Of a stretch of DNA of 36,945 nt, positions 33,012 through 36,945 are shown one piece after another; the stretch's first letter is position 1; each line of letters begins with the position of its first letter. The stretch covers positions 1-36,945 of IMG/VR virus record IMGVR_UViG_3300016469_000254. One strand, written 5' to 3'. A program made the position numbers and the translations under genes. The notes beneath the pieces were generated by a model. The model made no database searches. It was not told the DNA's origin and saw only the letters and a list, made by a program, of their open reading frames with translations. Source of the stretch: a virus. Its lineage: Duplodnaviria > Caudoviricetes.

Positions 33012-33568
33012 AGCACTACTACGACGAAATTCAGGGCTGGTTTAACTTCTCCGGGGCCTACCGCGACGCGCTGCGGGAGGCCTCTGATAGCTCTGTTTTC
33101 GTCGAGTTGGGCTGCTGGAGGGGCCGATCAGCGTGCTTTCTGCTCGTCGAGGCGCTGAACGCCGGTAAGACCTTCTCGATCTACTTCGTCGACCACTGGG
33201 GCGGGTCAAACGAACCCGAACACCAGACAGACCCCGAGCTAGAGAAGGTCTACGACCAATTTCTCGCGAACGTCGAGCGCGCCAACTACCCAAAAGCGAC
33301 CGTTTTGCGCATGCCGACGGTCGAGGCGGCGGGTCTATTCAAGGACCAAACCGTCGATTTTGTCTGGGTCGACGCTGGCCATGAGTACGACGAGGTTATG
33401 GCCGACCTAAAGGCTTGGTGGCCGCGGGTAAAACCGGGCGGCGTGATTGGTGGTGACGATTTCCCCATGGACGGTGTAAAGCGGGCTGTAGGTGAGTTTT
33501 TCCCGCATGCCGAAGTCGTCTCTGAAACAGGCTGGAAGTGGTGGCGGGTGAGAAAAGGGCTGAAATGA
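33008..33568 (+). CDS. Class I SAM-dependent methyltransferase (Methyltransf_24-like)
   Basis: FVELGCWRGRS, VDHWGG, DFVWVDAGHEY..V..D...WWPRVKPGGVIGGDD; TTG start. Confidence 0.88.
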   Translation: MKHYYDEIQGWFNFSGAYRDALREASDSSVFVELGCWRGRSACFLLVEALNAGKTFSIYFVDHWGGSNEPEHQTDPELEKVYDQFLANVERANYPKATVLRMPTVEAAGLFKDQTVDFVWVDAGHEYDEVMADLKAWWPRVKPGGVIGGDDFPMDGVKRAVGEFFPHAEVVSETGWKWWRVRKGLK

Positions 33569-35784
33569 TGGCGCAGGGCATTACTCCGGGCCGTTATGAC
33601 CCCGACGTTGTGAACATTCCGCAGCGTAGCGACGTTTACAACGACGAGACCGGTTACGCGCTGCCGCAGATGGAGCCGATGTCGGACGAAGAGTTCCGAT
33701 ACATCGTTTTCCAGGCCATTACTGACGCCCAGACCTACATTGACAGCTACCTCGCGCCTGCCCGCGAAGAGGCGATGGCCTACTACCTGGGCGAAGAGTT
33801 TGGAAACGAGGAAGAGGGCCGCAGCCGGGTCGTGATGACCGAGGTTCGCGACACAATCCTCGCGATGCTGCCCTCTCTGCTTCGCATTTTCACGGGCGGC
33901 GAGAAGGTGGTCGAGTTCGTGCCCAAGGGCGCCGAGGACGTGGCGGCTGCGGAGCAGGCGACCGACCTCATCAACTACATCTTCATGCAGGAGAACCCCG
34001 GCTTCCGCATCCTGCACGACGCGATGAAGGACGCGCTGATTTCCAAGACGGGCGTCCTGACTTGGTACAAGGTCGACGAGGAAAGCGTCGAGTATTACGA
34101 CTACTCGGGCCTGTCGCCGGAAGAGATGGCGTTTATCACGTCCGATCCTGACGTGTCGGTCGAGAGCATGAGCGAGGTGATTGACCTCGACACCGGCTTT
34201 ACGAAGACCGATCTGCGCATCCGGCGCGTGAAGCGCACGCCGCGCTATGTGGTCGAGTGCATTCCGCCCGAGCAGTTCCTCATCGACAATGAGGCGACCT
34301 CGATCGACAACGCCATCTATGTGGCGCGTCGGAAGCTGGCGACCGTGTCGGAATTGGTGGCCATGGGCTACCCGCGCGAGATCATCGAGGAGAACGCCGG
34401 GACCGGCGGCTTTGACATGAACATGGAGACGCTGGTCCGCAACCCGGCGGATCAGAGCTTCTTCGGTCTGACGCAGACGACGGACGAGACGACCGACAAG
34501 GTCTTCTACGTCGAGAGCTACATTCGCTGCGACCGCGACGGCGACGGCATTGCCGAGCTTCACAAGGTTTGTTCGGTCGGCAACGGCGCGTACATCCTGC
34601 ACAGCGAGGTGGTGCAGAAGGCGCCGTTCTCGCTTCTGGCGCCCGACCCGACGCCGCACACGATCTTCGGTCAGTCCATCGCGGACCAGACGATGGACTT
34701 GCAGCTTATCAAGTCCTCGATCCTTCGTAACACGTTAGATAGCTTGGCGCAGTCGATCCACCCGCGGACGGTCGTGGTCGAGAACCAGGTCAACATGGCC
34801 GACGTGATGAACGTCGAGACGGGGGCGATCATCCGCGCCCGCGCTCCAGGCGCTGTGGCGCCTCTGGCGACGCCGTTCGTGGGTCAGCAGGCCCTGGGTG
34901 TGATGGCCTATCTCGATGAGGTGAAGACGCAGCGTACGGGCATCTCGCGGGCCTCCCAGGGCCTGGATGCGGACGTCTTGCAGTCGACGACCCGCGCGGC
35001 CGTCCAAGCCCAGTTGTCTAGCTCGCAAGAGCGCATCGAGATGATCGCGCGGCTCTTTGCCGACGGTCTGAAGCGGTGCTTCCAGGGCCTTTTGGGCTTG
35101 GTGGTGCAGCATCAGGACAAGGCGAAGATCATCAGGCTGCGCAACCAGTTTGTGCCGATCGACCCGCGGGGTTGGGACGCCGGCATGGACATGGTCGTGA
35201 ACATCGCGCTGGGTCGCGGCTCCGACGAGCAGCGCATGGCCTTCCTGATGCAGATCATCCAACAGCAGAAGGAAGTCATCCAGACCTATGGGCCGTACAA
35301 CCCGCTCGTCGATCTGGTTCAGCTTCGCGGGGCGCTTGCCCAGGTTACCCAGTTGGCCGGCTTCCAAGACCCCAGCGCCTTCTGGAAGGAGATCAACCCG
35401 CAGGAGGTCCAGGCCTTCATGCAGCAGATGGCGCAGGGGGCTAACAAGCCCGACCCGGCGCAGTTGCTGGCGCAGGTTGAGGCCGAGAAGGTGAAGGCCG
35501 ACATCCTCATCAACGCGGCGAAGCAGGAACTTGAGCGCCAGAAGGCGGCGGCCCAGGCCGACCTTGAGCGCGACAAACTTTATGTCGACGCCATGCTCAA
35601 GGCCGCCGAAATCCAGGCCAAGTACGGTACTCAGGTCGACATGGCGCTGATCAAGGCCGAGGTTGACCGCCAGCGGGCCGAAATCCAGGCTATGTTCCGC
35701 ACGGCCCAGGGCCCCATCCCTGCCGTTGAGCAGCCGGCGCTGGGCGGCCAAGTGCCGCTGATGATGCCGCCGGGGGCCATGTGA
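33565..35784 (+). CDS. Portal protein (P22-like)
   Basis: About 740 aa; YYLGE.FGNEEEGRSRVV, AEQATD.IN, DAL..K.G, EC/YI..D.DGDG.AE, G.S, RTGIS, C-terminal Gln/Ala coiled-coil barrel. Confidence 0.92.
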   Translation: MMAQGITPGRYDPDVVNIPQRSDVYNDETGYALPQMEPMSDEEFRYIVFQAITDAQTYIDSYLAPAREEAMAYYLGEEFGNEEEGRSRVVMTEVRDTILAMLPSLLRIFTGGEKVVEFVPKGAEDVAAAEQATDLINYIFMQENPGFRILHDAMKDALISKTGVLTWYKVDEESVEYYDYSGLSPEEMAFITSDPDVSVESMSEVIDLDTGFTKTDLRIRRVKRTPRYVVECIPPEQFLIDNEATSIDNAIYVARRKLATVSELVAMGYPREIIEENAGTGGFDMNMETLVRNPADQSFFGLTQTTDETTDKVFYVESYIRCDRDGDGIAELHKVCSVGNGAYILHSEVVQKAPFSLLAPDPTPHTIFGQSIADQTMDLQLIKSSILRNTLDSLAQSIHPRTVVVENQVNMADVMNVETGAIIRARAPGAVAPLATPFVGQQALGVMAYLDEVKTQRTGISRASQGLDADVLQSTTRAAVQAQLSSSQERIEMIARLFADGLKRCFQGLLGLVVQHQDKAKIIRLRNQFVPIDPRGWDAGMDMVVNIALGRGSDEQRMAFLMQIIQQQKEVIQTYGPYNPLVDLVQLRGALAQVTQLAGFQDPSAFWKEINPQEVQAFMQQMAQGANKPDPAQLLAQVEAEKVKADILINAAKQELERQKAAAQADLERDKLYVDAMLKAAEIQAKYGTQVDMALIKAEVDRQRAEIQAMFRTAQGPIPAVEQPALGGQVPLMMPPGAM

Positions 35785-36044
35785 TGGCGACCTATGAGCA
35801 GGAAGAACTCTGGCGCGCCGCTGGCGCGCTGCACCGGGACGGAGCCGCGCAAGAGGTGCTGAAGCGCCTCGAAGCGCGGTTTGTTGCCGAGTGGATGAAC
35901 TCAACCCCAGAGGAAGGGGTGAAACGGGACGATGCGTACCGGATGGTGCGCGCCGTAGCTGCGTTCAGACAGGAGCTTGAGGCGCTCGCCTTAGAGCCAA
36001 CCGTGGCGCAGTTCAATCGACGCTTGAAAGTGGCGTCTTCGTAG
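35784..36044 (+). CDS. Small helical protein between portal and scaffold
   Basis: TGATG coupling; EWMNS.P....RDDAY motif; position conserved in podoviruses. Confidence 0.7.
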   Translation: MATYEQEELWRAAGALHRDGAAQEVLKRLEARFVAEWMNSTPEEGVKRDDAYRMVRAVAAFRQELEALALEPTVAQFNRRLKVASS

Positions 36045-36056
36045 GAGTAACTTTTT

Positions 36057-36945
36057 ATGACCGAGCAGTCGCAGCCAAGCGAAATCGGTTTGACGGAGGC
36101 CGCGGGCCGGATTTCTTCGCTTTTGGGAGGGGGTGACCCCGAACCCTTGGCGCCGAAAAAGGCGGTGGCCTCTGCCGAGGTTGAGCAGACCGAGGCGTCG
36201 GCAGACGCGGGCGACGAGACTATGCCGGAGGGCGACGAGGCAGCGGATCAATCCGCGTCGTCGGAAGGCGAGACGCCCGAGACTGTCGAGGACGGCGGTG
36301 AGGAAGCCGATGGCGGCCTGAAGCCTGATACGCTGGTCACCGTCAAGATTGACGGCAAGACGCAGCAAGTCACGCTGAAGGAGGCGCTGGACGGCTATCA
36401 ACGGCAGTCCGATTATTCGCGAAAGATGCAGAAGCTCCGCGAGGAGCAGACCGCATTTCAAACGGATCGCCAGCAGGTGGAGGTTGAGAGGGCCCAGTAC
36501 AGCCAGCTTCTAGGGGCGCTACGGCAGCAGCTTGAACAGATGCAGCCGCAAGAGCCCGACTGGGAGAAGTTGCACCGGGAAGACCCTTTGAACTTTCCGC
36601 TCGTTGAGAAGCAGTGGCGCGACTACAAAGAGCGCCTGGCCGCGACGAAAGCCGAACAGGAACGTCTGGCCGCGATTGCTGCTCAACAGGAGGCACTGGA
36701 ACTGCGGCAGCAGGTAGAGCAGGGGCGTCAGTTTCTGCTTGAGAAGATGCCGGAGTGGAAGGATCAGGCGAAGTGGGACGCGGCACGCAACGGGCTTCGG
36801 GAGTACGGCCAGAAGATCGGCTACAGCCCCGAGGAACTGTCGCAGGCCTACGACCCGCGAGCCATCCTAGTGCTTGAGAAGGCGCGTCGCTACGACGCCC
36901 TCATGGCAAACCGGCCCAAGCCTACGCAGGCGCAGGGACCGAAGC
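36057..36945 (+). CDS. Capsid scaffolding protein, 3'-truncated (absent from ORF track)
   Basis: SD AGGAG; open to the window end; acidic N-terminus, VTVKIDGKTQQVTLKEALDGYQRQSDYSRKMQ, EPDWEKL..EDP, MPEWKD motifs. Confidence 0.88.
   Translation, partial: MTEQSQPSEIGLTEAAGRISSLLGGGDPEPLAPKKAVASAEVEQTEASADAGDETMPEGDEAADQSASSEGETPETVEDGGEEADGGLKPDTLVTVKIDGKTQQVTLKEALDGYQRQSDYSRKMQKLREEQTAFQTDRQQVEVERAQYSQLLGALRQQLEQMQPQEPDWEKLHREDPLNFPLVEKQWRDYKERLAATKAEQERLAAIAAQQEALELRQQVEQGRQFLLEKMPEWKDQAKWDAARNGLREYGQKIGYSPEELSQAYDPRAILVLEKARRYDALMANRPKPTQAQGPK

Noticed and set aside
33008-33568. DNA methyltransferase
   Set aside because: Lacks DPPY/NPPY or PC catalytic motifs; the pattern fits Methyltransf_24-type small-molecule/sugar methylases.
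1-36945. Stop-codon reassignment, programmed frameshift, tRNA genes
   Set aside because: Genes tile cleanly under the standard code using all three stops, and no cloverleaf or frameshift-requiring gene pair was seen by eye; tRNAscan-SE was not run.

Overview
The whole window is part of a high-GC, short-tailed (P22/APSE-like podovirus) phage genome. It contains no host genes, integrase, rRNA, tRNA or CRISPR array. It starts inside the tail module and ends inside the scaffolding gene, so only the capsid/head-completion block appears to be missing. Gene order: tail fibres with helpers (1-4368); lysis cassette with GH108 endolysin (4371-6115); nozzle and ejection proteins (6115-13859); leftward VRR-NUC / TGT(DpdA)-like / VUT transporter / SNF2 operon (16876-13863); rightward exonuclease, SSB, HNH, PolA and primase-helicase (16961-23651); about 18 small leftward early genes (28490-23635); a repeat-rich non-coding control/origin region (28491-29294); terminases, a six-gene insert with a glycosyltransferase and a methyltransferase, portal and scaffold (29295-end). 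A GcrA-like gene and the promoter style suggest an alphaproteobacterial host (inference). Best leads: (1) a two-gene base-exchange enzyme + VUT transporter cassette with no biosynthesis genes, a candidate salvage-type 7-deazaguanine DNA-modification system; (2) a GLLD peptide at the termini of three consecutive ejection proteins, a candidate capsid-loading signal; (3) a symmetric TTAGG/CCTAA repeat structure around an AT-rich palindrome; (4) a 17-bp motif at four intergenic sites. All family calls come from motifs recognised by eye; no searches were run.
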